Made by a program: the position numbers and the translations under genes
Shown here: in pieces, positions 13,502 through 26,204 of the stretch
How the letters are laid out: each line of letters begins with the position of its first letter
How positions within the stretch are numbered: the stretch's first letter is position 1
Source: Girardia tigrina
Taxonomy: Eukaryota
DNA: 64,000 bases
NCBI GenBank assembly: GCA_001938485.1
Contig: MQRK01236352.1
Span: forward strand, 1-64,000
Direction: 5' to 3'
The notes under the pieces: model-generated
The model's database searches: none
What the model was told of the DNA's origin: nothing
The model's input: only the letters and a program-made list of their open reading frames with translations

Positions 13502-13872
13502 ATGTGCGTTTTAAAACTCGTTATCAGTATCGTCAATTCTTTATTGATGATGATTGGAATTGTGATTGCGGTTATCGGTGCTCTATTGCTCTGGCGAATG
13601 AATTTTTTATGAAGAACATTTACGATATTGAAACGCAATTTAAAAATTTCATAACTAAAATTAGAATCTCATCAGCAAGTTCAGGTGGAATATTTTCATT
13701 CATGCAGCAGAACGCAAATTCAATTGGAGCCATCGCATTTGGGGTTGGAATCGCGTTGATTGCTCTGGCTATACTGGGCATCGTAGCGGTGCGTTGCTGT
13801 TCATTGAAGAAGATTCTGATTGCCTTAACTGAGAGACCATTTTCTCGGTTCTATCTTGGCTTTTTAGTCGCG
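13502..13872 (+). pseudogene. tetraspanin-like N-terminal fragment (TM1 to start of TM3), frameshifted
   Basis: ATG at 13502 gives MCVLKLVISIVNSLLMMIGIVIAVIGALLLW (TM1-like with the conserved N and G); a 1-nt shift leads to ANEFF...IGAIAFGVGIALIALAILGIVAVRCCSLKKILIA..FYLGFLVA (TM2/TM3-like). Confidence 0.6.
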
Positions 13873-14041
13873 TGCCGGTTTCGCCGATTTTGTGGACCGC
13901 GAGTTCTCCGTCTTGAGGAGAACTCAACACAGTGTATCAAAAAATGTGTCAAATTATGGAGTAAAAAAATGAAATTTGAATTAAATGAATTGAGTGATAT
14001 TTGAATTTGTTAAATTTAATGAGAGAAAAAACGATTTCCCG

Positions 14042-14398
14042 ATGAATCAAATGAATGAAGAAGAGAAAAAGCAATGTTACTTTCATTTTGCGAATAAATT
14101 TCCCAATTTGACAGCTCATGTCATAAATGAAGCGGTCGATAAATTCGAATGCGCTTACGATAAAATCGAGGAAAACCTTCAAATGTGTTCAGAAACTCCA
14201 CCATCTGCTAAGAAAAATTCTTGTGATAGCACATCTTCGAGTAAACTATATTCTTTCGGCTGGTTTAACAGTCATTATCACGAGTCCAATTCTAACAGTC
14301 CTTCTTTACTTAAAACTTCATACAGAAATTCGTGTGAAGTTCTTTCTATTTCTCAGTTTAATGTGGAGGCACGGTTTCCGTCCCAATTACATTTTTAA
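14042..14398 (+). CDS. intronless ORF with a CUE-like N-terminus and Ser-rich tail (possible gene fragment)
   Basis: YFHFANKFPNLTAHVINEAVDKFECAYDKIEENL resembles the FP..VI pattern of CUE ubiquitin-binding domains; by eye only. Confidence 0.3.
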   Translation: MNQMNEEEKKQCYFHFANKFPNLTAHVINEAVDKFECAYDKIEENLQMCSETPPSAKKNSCDSTSSSKLYSFGWFNSHYHESNSNSPSLLKTSYRNSCEVLSISQFNVEARFPSQLHF

Positions 14399-16735
14399 AA
14401 CTTTAAATTAAAAAGAATTTTTAATCCAATTTTGATTAAATTTTATTTATTTTAAAATAATATTTATTTTTAAACTTTTAAAAAACATATAATACTCAAA
14501 TCATTTCAAAATTATTTCAAAATTTGAAAATTCTTATTTTTAAAAATTATTATTTATTTTAATTTTATAACGAAAATTTAATTTAAAAATTTTTTATTCG
14601 AAATTTATAGTTAAAAATATTTACTTTTTTAAATTTTAATTATTTAAATTTTAATCAACCAGTTGAAAATTAACTGACTCTACATATTAATTAAACAATT
14701 TAATTAATTCATAAAATGTCTTTGGTTGTGTGATATGAAATATCAGATTTTTAGAACGAAATAACAAATACTTTAAAAACAAATCGTTAAGTGAGACATT
14801 GCCTACATCAAAATTTACTTTGAATCATAAGTAAGAGTAACTCTTCTATCTATTTCATACTACAAAAAGTTTTATTTTATGTAAAATACTCCAAAGAGTG
14901 AAACTTTTAATACAAAGAAGAAAAAATGTTACCTGACAGGATTTCGTAACGTTTTAGATTTAATAGGTTCTAAGGGATTTTTCAATTTGAAGAAGTATGG
15001 ATTCATATCTACGGATTAGTAGAGTGTTCGTCTTTCTTCATGATAAAAGGAATCAACATCAAGTGATCATAGGATTTCTTTAAGTGGCCCTCTATATCAA
15101 TGAAAGTCCCATTACTTCAACAAGGACTTTATGTTATTCAAAAAATAGAAAAATAATTGCGACTACATCCGTTATTCACTCAATTCCTATAAATATGTCT
15201 GTTTCATTTTTTAATAATTTTTTAAAGAGATTTTACTTTAAGATTTTATCTTGTTATTAATCTTTTATTCATAAAATTAACTATTTTATTTTTTCTGTTA
15301 AAGCATATTAAAAATGTTGATGAAGAACAAAGTATAAATTTGAGTTATTTGCATATTATCGCAATAGCCATTGACCAAAATTTAAATTGTAGAATATTCG
15401 TTATCAGTGGTTATATATCAATTGTATATAGAAAGGTCAAATCTATATAAAATGGAAAAAAGAGATAAAAATCCCATCATCAGGTAAATCCACACCATGT
15501 ATTAAACTAACAAATAATTATGGACTTCAAAAAGAAATAATAATCATTTTACCAATAAAAAATTAGAAAAAATAAACTTAAAACGATCAATTCCATTCTC
15601 GCAAGCAAATCATTGGCAGTTCTCAATTGTCGGTTGAGAAAACGATATGTTTACTTTATTTTTCCGTACTTTAACGGGTCATAGAAACATATGATAAAGA
15701 TAAAAATTGAGAGATATCCAAAAGATAATTTTTGAGATAAAACTTAACACACTCAATTTTAATCTTCTTTTTAATACAATCAGAAATCTAATTCAACTAA
15801 AATATTAGAGAGAACCGTATGTTTCCCACATTTGGACGATCAATAATTCTGGATAAGTAACTTTTAAATAAGAATGACCCCTTATATCATACATTTGGCG
15901 AAAAGAATCTAATCTTTATTGGCTTGTAATTAATTGTTGTCATTTTTTGCTATTGGGAGTGTTAGGATAATTAAATTAATATCAATACATATTTATATTT
16001 AAATTCATATCTCTATTTATAAATATATAAAGGATCCATTATAAGATTATATAGACTCCTGAAATTGTTTAAATCAATCAACGTAATTATAAATTACGCG
16101 CATAATTTAATTTTGATTGGAAATAAATATTTCTTCTAGTTTCGATTTTTTAATGAATAAATAAAAAAATTTCAAATTCAAAACTAATTAGAAATTAAAT
16201 CAAATCTTTATTTATTTTCAAAATTTATTTATTATGACCTTGAAAGTGATTTATTTAAACACAGAATAAATTAAACAGAATAAATTTTTTTCTTTTTTAA
16301 CATTCAATCCTTTACAATCCTTAATAATCAATTGTCTTTTTTTACAATCAAACTAATTAATTTTTTCAAATAAATGTTTTTTTTGAATAATTCCTTTTTC
16401 TAATCAATTCGGTTCATTGATTTGACTCGAACAATCATTAACATATGAGAATAGTTATTATATTAAGAAAGTTTGATGTTTGGAAATTTATTGTATATGT
16501 ATAATCAAAAATTTCAGTTTTCGCCATATATTTATATTTTACTGAACAACCAAATGACTACAAAATTTATATTATTTAAGAAAAGAATTTTTATTTAATA
16601 TTTTTAAGTGACTAAGTTTATTTTTACTTACAAGTTTAAGTTTAAAGCACGAAAGAAAATACAAAATGAAAGAAGAGTCAAACCAAAAGAAGCATATTAC
16701 AATATTCTCCAAACTTTATTTTGTTTTAAATTTTA

Positions 16736-17149
16736 ATCAACTTTCAATGTTGATGGTCGAGGAAAGTGGGGAAGTTAGACGGAATATGCCAGATTCCCGA
16801 TACCAATTGCACACGTTTGTAAAATCGATTTTACCCCACAAAATTTTCAGCAGATAAGGAAAGTTACATTTATCCACTTTGGTCAACTTCGTTTCACGGT
16901 ACCAATAATCAAGAAATCGTTTCGAACGCGTCCTAAATATTCTAGTACTTACAAATGTTTTTTTCCACCACCGATTTATTTTCCAAAACCAAAATATTTA
17001 CCCGAGATACTTCTCCGATTTGAAAGCTGGTAAGCATATCAAGGTAGTTTTATTATTGTTAACGTAACGTTTATTAAAGCAGAATTAAGAGGCGTGTAAT
17101 ATTAAAGTCTAAATTTATATACATTATTTTTATCAAAAAAAGATAAAAA
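16736..17149 (+). repeat. 414-bp local duplication, copy 1
   Basis: Near-identical to 18025-18438 (two substitutions seen). Confidence 0.95.
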
Positions 17150-18024
17150 GTTTTACTAAAAAACTATTCAGGAAATTAAATTTAATTATAAGTTCATTTT
17201 TTTATTATAAAAGTAAATATAAATAGGGTTGGGTGTGGCAAATTTGTCAGTTTTTTACATTTTTCTAATGTAAAAATTTCTACGTAGTGATTTTCAATAT
17301 TAAGTGCTACTTTTGCCGGCATAGACACGTTTTACAAACACATCTAGTCATTCTTCGAATAAATTATTTTATGAACCATTAAGTTGCGAAAATCTGAACA
17401 GGATGAATTAACCCCGCCCCTGGGGCAAATTTGTCATTCCTCCATAACTGTCATTTAAATAAAAATAGTCAAGACACTTGCTTATCTAACAGTTATTTTT
17501 CAGAACAATTCTTATGCATCCACTGGAATTAACAGTATAAAACGTGATTGAGGAAACATGATTCACATAGAAACAATAACAAAGAACATTTATTTGAAGG
17601 ATAAAAGTATGTGAAATAATTATCTGAAATTAGTAGAAAATGCAGTCAAATTATCCGAGAATAATGAATTAAATGCATCGTTTAGGTGGAGTAAGAATAC
17701 GGACAATGTCATCGTTGCTATAATATGATATATCCACTCTTGGATTGTAAAAAAAATTGGTTCATATTATTGCCATGTTTGTGCAGGCATTGAATATCTA
17801 ATCCTTGTTATTGTTCACTTACACATCGAACCACAGAATTAACATAATAAAGTTTATGAGGACTATTATGTTACCGATAAGAGGAAAATGACAGAATGAA
17901 TTTTACCACAACAAAATAATCAGGTTGTGGTTGCTGACGAGAGGAAGATGGTTGAACATTCTGAGATTGTTGTTTAGGGGAGCAGTCCAGAAGTTGAAGG
18001 GAGATCATGCACTTTTGTTGCTGC

Positions 18025-18438
18025 ATCAACTTTCAATATTGATGGTCGAGGAAAGTGGGGAAGTTAAACGGAATATGCCAGATTCCCGATACCAATTGCA
18101 CACGTTTGTAAAATCGATTTTACCCCACAAAATTTTCAGCAGATAAGGAAAGTTACATTTATCCACTTTGGTCAACTTCGTTTCACGGTACCAATAATCA
18201 AGAAATCGTTTCGAACGCGTCCTAAATATTCTAGTACTTACAAATGTTTTTTTCCACCACCGATTTATTTTCCAAAACCAAAATATTTACCCGAGATACT
18301 TCTCCGATTTGAAAGCTGGTAAGCATATCAAGGTAGTTTTATTATTGTTAACGTAACGTTTATTAAAGCAGAATTAAGAGGCGTGTAATATTAAAGTCTA
18401 AATTTATATACATTATTTTTATCAAAAAAAGATAAAAA
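18025..18438 (+). repeat. 414-bp local duplication, copy 2
   Basis: Near-identical to 16736-17149, offset 1289 bp. Confidence 0.95.
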
Positions 18439-20212
18439 ATGTATAATTTCGTTATGCTTCAGCAATTAGAGGTTTAGCCAAAAAAGTTTAATAATGAGTA
18501 ACATAATCTATGAAATGTTATGTTAGATATTTTATAATTTTTACATAAAAATAAACACTTGAAATTATAATTTGATTTTTCTGGAAGAATTATTGGTTGC
18601 ATTATTAAAAAATTCAAATCAAATTAAATTTTCTATAAACAGTTGAAATTATTGAATTGAAAAAATGAGTTTTGTATAATTATTGCATTAAACTATAATT
18701 AAATTAATTAACAATAATTAAATTAATTGAACAAATTGCTTTTTGCTTCATTCGAATTATCAAAAAATGTTTTAAAATACCAAAATTATTCGGAAGATTC
18801 TCAATGTTGTATGATTGCAATATGTGAAAAAAGAATGTTTCTCTTTGTTAGGACCTTTGGTAATTGAATGTATAGGAATTGCATACATTGGAGATCAAGA
18901 ACTGCTAACGTTTAATATAAATTACAATCTTTCTTTTAAATAAAAATCTTTCTTAAATGTAACCGAACAATATCTAGGGTTATAAACGTTTAAAAAGAAT
19001 GATACTATGATTTTTTTTACTTTAAACAAATAAAAATCGAATTTTTTTTAGTACAGATTGGTAAAACTATGGCCTCAAATATAATCAATTCTTTTCAAAT
19101 TCAAAATTTCTAAAGCACTGTGTACTGTGATAACTTTGGACCAGTACCACCTGATGAGCGATTCTTTAAGCTACCCTTCGATATGATTGATCCAGAGCAA
19201 TATATGTTTATATAAAATCATTTAAATAATATCTCATTAGAGATATTGATGATTTAAAAATTATAAAAATCAATATAAATTATTTAAAATAATGTTTCTT
19301 ACCTGCCAAAGAATTTCTGATGGTTGTGCCCATACTGAATCGAATATTTCCGCTTGATATTTTTAGCATTTCACGTATAACAGAATCGTTGCGCTCTTAA
19401 ATTTTTCACAATATTGCCAATAAAGAATCGTTCGTATAACACAACCAACTAAAAATTCCACAAACATCGTTCCAAATACGAATTTCCTCCAATAAATAAA
19501 TTGATTAATAGCTCAATAATCAATTCATTTATTTTGTCATTGGTCATATCTGACAATTGTCTCATCGATTATACGTAAGCTATTTGATATCTTATTCTCG
19601 GTAGCACAACTCTTTTGCGATCATATCTTGTCTACTTCTTTTATCAGTTTCAACTAATTCATGCTAATTAAATATAATTAATTAAACCTTATCGTTTATA
19701 TTCATTTATTATTAAAAGATAATATAAGAGAGTTCATCCAAATTATTAGTTGCGCTTTTTTAAATTTAAACAAATTCAAATCGAATTTCTTTTTATAATA
19801 CAGATAAGTAAACTTTAACCAATTTTCTCAAAAAAAATTAACCAAAAATTTCTCAAAAATTGTGCGCAAAAGATATAAATTTTACTGTGAGTTTGGTAGA
19901 CCAATTAATAGGAAAGTTTTCGTTGCAAAAAAAACTAGTTGCAAATATAATGAATTTCAGTAAAAACATTCAAAATTATTTATTTATATAGTATTTTTAT
20001 ATGAAAATTATGGTTAAATAAAATTTTGAAAGTCGAAATAGCATTCGAAATGTTTCATACCGTTGATTTTATTATTTTTATTTTAAACTTATTTTTTGAT
20101 TGTATTATGCTTATTTTATTCCACTATTTCATGTTAATATTGTAATTATTTAATATTTCTTATTTTAAATAAAATTGACAAATTATCAAACAAAAAATTT
20201 TCAAGTTAATCA

Positions 20213-20365
20213 AAATTTATTAATTTCGACGGTTTAACCGTCATCATCAGAACAAATGATTTTTCTAACGAAATTTACTTATATAGTGCAGTTATTGATT
20301 GTGTAATACATACTTCATCAGTACATTGCTTAAAAAACTCGTAACAAAGTTGTAGCACATGCAGT
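20213..20365 (-). mobile_element. Penelope-like 3' end / pLTR remnant
   Basis: Aligns by eye with 54865-55015, which continues into a GIY-YIG coding region. Confidence 0.8.
20214..20256 (-). ncRNA. minimal hammerhead ribozyme (PLE-associated)
   Basis: Minus strand TTGTT-CTGATGA-T-GACGG TTAAA CCGTC-GAAA-TTAA-TA: perfect core, 5-bp stem II, palindromic tetraloop. Confidence 0.78.
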
Positions 20366-22075
20366 TCATATTATGGAATTATAATCTCAAAACGCGTCGT
20401 CTTATTTTTATTCCATATATATATATTTTTTTTGTGGGGGAACTTCTTGATCCGAAGTGTTTTACTGATTGAAATATTACTACGGAGCTGAAATAACAGA
20501 CAACTATGCATGCAAATGGAAATTACTTCTATCGGATGTACAGCATAATAGGTTCGATATTTTGAGAGGCGATCACTGCGACCCGGTGGTTTCTTAAGGG
20601 AGATGTCCAAATAGATCTCTCGTCGATACCAGTCATCAATCCAATAAAATAATTAAAGAAAAAAGATAGACAGACTTTAAGATATTTTTTTTTAACAACA
20701 TTTCTTAATCTACACTGACATCAATCCATAACTGTTAATTGAGTTTTTTCCTTTGTTTATTTAAACAACTGATTTTTTTAATACATATATTGATATTTAG
20801 ATTTTAAATATGTAGATATATTTCTCAGTATTGATTTTAATTTTGTTTTTTTTGTAAATCAAATAAAATCACGTTTTGATTTAATTTAATAATTATGTTT
20901 ATTTCTTTTTTTGTTTTAAATAATTATAAGTGTCACAACAACATTATATATATTCCACAAAAGCGAGGTCAGACTGTGCTTCACTATAAAATAAAACTTT
21001 ATTTGATTATTTTGAGCCAATATAAAACAGAATTAAATGTTGTGGCAAATGATTATTTAAAATATTAATAATCCGTTTGAATCGCAACTCGGTTGTCATG
21101 GTTACGTAAATAAGTCGCAATTGAAACAAATACATAATTGTCAACGATAAATAGTTCAAAGTTTCAGGAAAAGAAAATATCAAAACTATGATGCCGAATT
21201 CCATAAAATTTTTATCAATTGTTTATTAATAAAATTTAATGCTTTTATGAAACAAAACAAGAATAAACTGCGAACAGAAGTTATATAAACTATTTTTTGA
21301 ACACGGTCTTTTAAGCTAACAAAGAAATGAATTTCATTTTAAACGAAAACAGGAAATTTCTAATAATAAAATCATTTAAAGATTAATAAATATTGGTTTC
21401 GAAAATCAACTGGCAAACGAAAGTTATTTCTATAAATTTTTCTGAAAAACAATTTCCAATAAGAAAATGAAATTAAAATCAAATTAAAGTTTATTGCTTC
21501 ATGAATAAATAAATTCGGTTATAAAATCTTATTGAAATATTAACGATATCACGACTATCATTTTTAATAATCACGTTAATTTAATTTTTCAAAGATTTAA
21601 AATAAATTAATTAAATTTAATTATTAAAAATGTTTTTATTTAATTTGTTGGTCCACAAAATTTACTGAGTTTTCTACTGAATTAAGTAGAAATTAACGTT
21701 TTTGACTTTGTGGTGAGGGACGCCAAGAAAAAATTATTTCAAAGCCAAATTTTGCACAATTTTTGGTGTATTTAAACTAATAAATCTTCACGACTCCTAA
21801 CCTTCAAGGCATTTACTCTGAACAAAGAAAAAGGCTCTCATGATTTGTGTCATGTAGGAAAAGTATGATTCTACATCACATTAAAAAATGCAGAAATAGA
21901 GATAAAGTTAATTATGAAACGGAATTTACAGTCTCGAAGAAAAATTTTGACACATAAAAGAATTAATTATTCAATAGTCACTGAAGCATTATTGAAACCA
22001 TGTTTAAATGTCCAGCATGAATTGTTTAATCATATAAAAATTTTTAAACAACCAAAAAGATAAATCGTGTAATAA

Positions 22076-22712
22076 TCAACATGCGATAGTCTGAAATTCT
22101 TTCACAACTGATGGAGTCGAAATGGTGAAACATTTTCTTGCAAATAAAAAATTAATAAAATTGAGTGCTTTCTTCATTGTTATAATGAATAAATTGACAT
22201 TAAATCTATTTTTTATATAAATAGAGAGTGTCCCACAATTGTGTCTCATATTGTTCCACCCGATGCTCAGGTCGCCCCGAGAATCGAACGGAGATAGCAG
22301 GGTTACACAGGGAAATTCTGTGGATGAATTACTGGGCCCATTTATTGAGAAGTGAATGAAAAATAACACCGATCCTGTTTTCGTTTGTCGAATTCGATTT
22401 GTCGTTAAATCTTTCGAATCTTTCACAGAATATATTAAACATTTCAGTATCGATTTTCGAATTGATTGATTCACATTTCGCTTGGTAAAAATTAATCTTA
22501 TTGGAATCATTTTCTCTAAAAGCATTTTGCTTTCTATCTAAATCATTGTAAATTTCATCCAACACCGACATTCGCTGATCATACAGAAACACTGTGGCGT
22601 ATATTTCATTATTTATTCCCATTGAACATATTTCACTATTAATATTCTGATTGTTTATCGCCATTTTATTTAATTGCGAATAATTTGTCGTCAAGCGAAA
22701 ATCAGAATCCAT
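22076..22712 (-). CDS. candidate nested antisense gene of unknown function (exons 22712-22370 and 22317-22076)
   Basis: Two overlapping ORFs join in frame when a 52-nt GTGTTA..CCACAG intron of host-typical size is removed (~194 aa); no recognised domain; weak donor. Confidence 0.35.
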
Positions 22713-23139
22713 AGAAACGATTAGAATTAATTATTCAAATTGAGTTACGATTTAAAATTAAATTTAAAAAAATCGATCGATCAATAGCAAATTTATTTTC
22801 TCGAACAATTCTCGACAGAAAGTCATGTAACTATATTTATTTTCATCATTAATCAAACTATCGTTTTTACAAGTTAATTTCAATAATTCAGTTAAACAAC
22901 ACCAAGGTCATTTTCATTTCATTAATTTATCAAACAATTTTTATTTTTTATCGAATCATTGTTCAAAAACCAAAACAAACTAAAAAAATTTTTTTCAAGT
23001 AAATGTCAAAGGCTTAACTTTCTTTTCAATTTGATTTGATTTTCTTTTGATAATATAAATAATGATAATAATTTAATTTAAAATATTTAAAATTCCGAAC
23101 ACATAATTTTTCATTATGAAAGAAGTAAAAATAAGAAAA

Positions 23140-23800
23140 AACATAACATTTAAAAAACAAAGTTTATTAATGCAACTCAATATGTCCCCCATCAGCTCTA
23201 ATTATATCATTACATCGTTTGATGTAATGATATTGCAGATTTTTCGAAAATGCTCTTCAGGAATTTCATTCCATATTTTTGTCAACTTTCTTTTGAATTC
23301 ACCGACGCTCATTTTTGTGTCAATGTTCGTGAAGGGACTTCCACAATACCCCAGTTTGAGTAATTTAAAGGAACAAAACTTTAAAACAAAAACTTAAAAC
23401 AAAACCTGGTAAGTTATCATTGCACAATTGTTGCACAAGTCGAGCTACATGAACACATGCAGAATCCTGCTGGAAAACCCATTGTCAAGTAATTTTCTTG
23501 CATTTGGAAGCAGGTGTGACTTCAAGACATTTTACAAATAATACTCTTGATTTATTAGAACTCCTCTTTCAATAAACAACAACGGAAGTCGACATTTGAC
23601 ACTTACTGCAGCCCATACCATCACTCCATTGGAACCTTGAGACCTTTCAACAAATCGTACAGTAAGCATAACCTTTTGAATCCCGACCCCTTTCTAAATT
23701 TCAGAAAAACAATATCCCTCGAATAACCGGGTTAATCGATTTGCAGTACATTCGATACATTTAGTGTAATGTGAGCTGAAACAAAACTTGACACATAAAT
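23140..23800 (-). mobile_element. Tc1/mariner relic, maT (DD37D)-like
   Basis: GVMVWAAVSVKCRLPLLFIERGVLINQEYYL*NVLKSHLLPNA; heavily decayed. Confidence 0.65.
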
Positions 23801-24804
23801 TTTATTATGTACTGTGAGGAATATTTGGAATGTTGATGTTTTGTAAATTGTTTGCATGTTTGAATGTAGTGTGTTGATTTGGGATTATGTCTCTCCTAAT
23901 CAGGTGGATGATTAATATTTTGATTCTTATTTTCTGAAATTAATTTTTTTTCAAATTTAGATTTAATATTCAAAATTTTTATTTATTATTATTGTAAATT
24001 TTAAATGATTTTATTAATTTTATTTTTTTTAAATTTGTAAATTATTAAATCAAATTAATATTTTTAAATGATTAATAGTAATTCTATTTTAACTAATAAT
24101 ATTTATAGTAAATATTTATAATTAAATATATAGTTTCAAGTTAGTTGAGATATTGGGATGAGAAGTATTAAACATTGAGGATGAATGTTGGGAGCTTTTT
24201 GAGTTCATAAAATTTTCGAATTTAAAATCTAATCAATTTAATAATTACATTTCGAAAAGTAGATTTATAGATTATGTTAAAATAAGATTTTTATAAAATA
24301 ATGTAAAAAAACGTAATTTACATAAAACTAATTTTCATGTTTAACATAAAACCAATAAATAAATTTATTAATAAAGTAAATTGTAATATAATTTTATTTT
24401 ATCTAAAAAAGAGTAATTTAAAAAAAGTTAAATTAAACGAAAATTGCGATTTTAATTTTATTTTTAAAACATTATTTTATCAAATTTAAAAATAATTTTT
24501 AAACGATTATGAAAACGAAATGAAAATGTTATTTTATAGAATGGGAAAATGTAATTGAGAAACAGTTAAATTTAAATGTATAATAAAATGGAAATTTAAT
24601 ACAAGATGCAAAAATCTTTTTGACAAAATTTTCGTAAAATAACTTTATAATTTTAACAAAAAAGTATAAAATTTAAATTCTTAATAAATGAAATAACAGT
24701 ATCTATTTTTATTTACAAAGGTTTGTGTATAAAGAAAGTGTGAAAGTTCTTAGAAAATATTTGTTTGAAAAACTTTAATTGTGACATAAATAAATTTTAG
24801 TTTC

Positions 24805-25019
24805 ATGAGTTTAAGTTTTGAATCGGAACCCAATAATGAATATGAGCGAGGCATTATTAAGGATTGTCATAAAGATGATCGAAATTTTGAATGTAATAAA
24901 TGTTGTAGTAAATGTGTGAGTTCTTTTAACATGGACAAAAACAATACCATCGGTGAAATTTTCAGGATCCCACCAGTCGTAAGTTCCAGACGAAACAAAT
25001 AGATTTTTGGAGCACTTGA
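24805..25019 (+). CDS. candidate small nested gene or exon pair (24805-24915 and 24966-25019)
   Basis: Canonical 50-nt GTGAGT..TTTTCAG intron joins ...FECNKCCSKC to DPTSRKFQTKQIDFWST*. Confidence 0.3.
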
Positions 25020-25884
25020 TTAATTTCAACGTGAATTTGAATTTGCCCTACATTCGCCATTTTTGTATTATTTTAGCAAAGATAAATTGTATTGTTTTGC
25101 TATTTACATTTATTTCGATTGAATTTTTGTATGACTATGATGTTTTGTTGTGTGGTTGTAAGCGACATGAAAGGTACATAATTTATAAAATAATTAATAA
25201 ATAGGCTTCATTGATAATCACGAAATTAAGTTAACGTTATTTAAGTCAACTTCCTTTTATACATATCACTATTTAATAAATCATACAATCAACATATACC
25301 GTAAATGAATTGAAAAATTTTAAGAAAAGAATAATTAAAAATTAATATTAGAGTCTAAACTCATCAGTAATTCCTCACAAGTAACTCTTTCTCAATACCT
25401 ATTAACCGTTTGTATTCGAGAATCTATCTTCTGTCACTAGATTAATAGCGACAGCTTGATTGGCGACCGACGAGCGAAGTAAAGAAATACATCAACTATT
25501 TGTTGTCATTGGACTTTTAACCAGAAACATTATAATTAAATTCCAGAAAAAGAGCGAGAAGATAGATGGAGAAAACGACATCTGTTTGCGTTGTTATCTA
25601 CAAATGATTATAATGAATTTATCTTAATTTAGTCTATTTTAAACGATATTATAAAAACGGCAATGTACGAATAATTTTTTGTCCGGGACACCTGGATGTT
25701 AGGCATTATGGTTTAAGTTACTGAAAGCGGACATAGTAGGTCAAAATAAGATTTTCCTTAAAAAGTAAAATCTGAATTCTACAATTGCTGCAATTATTTT
25801 AGAAAGAAAAAGAGTTTCATGTTCATTGATAAAACAATATCTGTATCTTTGTTTCGCCATTTACCGTCTAATTGTTTTCCCTAG

Positions 25885-26009
25885 GGTTACGCAAATTAAA
25901 ACCTATTCATGGGACAACGCCCAAGTTGTCTTAGTTGGGAACAAAGTGGACTTAGATTATGAAAGAGCGATTTCGATAGACCGAGGACGGCAATTAGCAA
26001 ATCAATTAG
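25885..26009 (+). CDS. RAB3: Rab3 coding exon 3
   Basis: Acceptor TTTTCCCTAG|G completes the Trp codon across a 21.4-kb intron: [41 protein letters not shown] (NKxD motif). Confidence 0.95.
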
Positions 26010-26066
26010 GTTGGTTAAATCAAATCACTTGAAATATAATAACCGTTAATTTGATGGAAATTTCAG

Positions 26067-26204
26067 GTCTTGAATTTTTCGAAACTTCGGCTAAAGAAAA
26101 TCTAAATGTGAAAGCAGTGTTCGAAAGACTGGTTGATATAATATGTGATAAAATGAGTGAAAGTCTCGACACAGATCCATCAATAGTAAATAATCCAAAT
26201 AAGG
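26067..26204 (+). CDS. RAB3: Rab3 coding exon 4
   Basis: After a 57-nt intron: [46 protein letters not shown] (ETSAK motif); donor G|GTAAGT. Confidence 0.95.

Noticed and set aside
19151-19190. CTGATGA here and at 12211 as hammerhead cores
   Set aside because: No correctly placed stem II plus GAAA follows either one.
19303-19660. Cytochrome P450-like phrases on the minus strand (IELLINLFIGG, VIREMLK)
   Set aside because: The segments could not be phased into one frame, the ExxR arginine is absent and there is no heme-binding motif.
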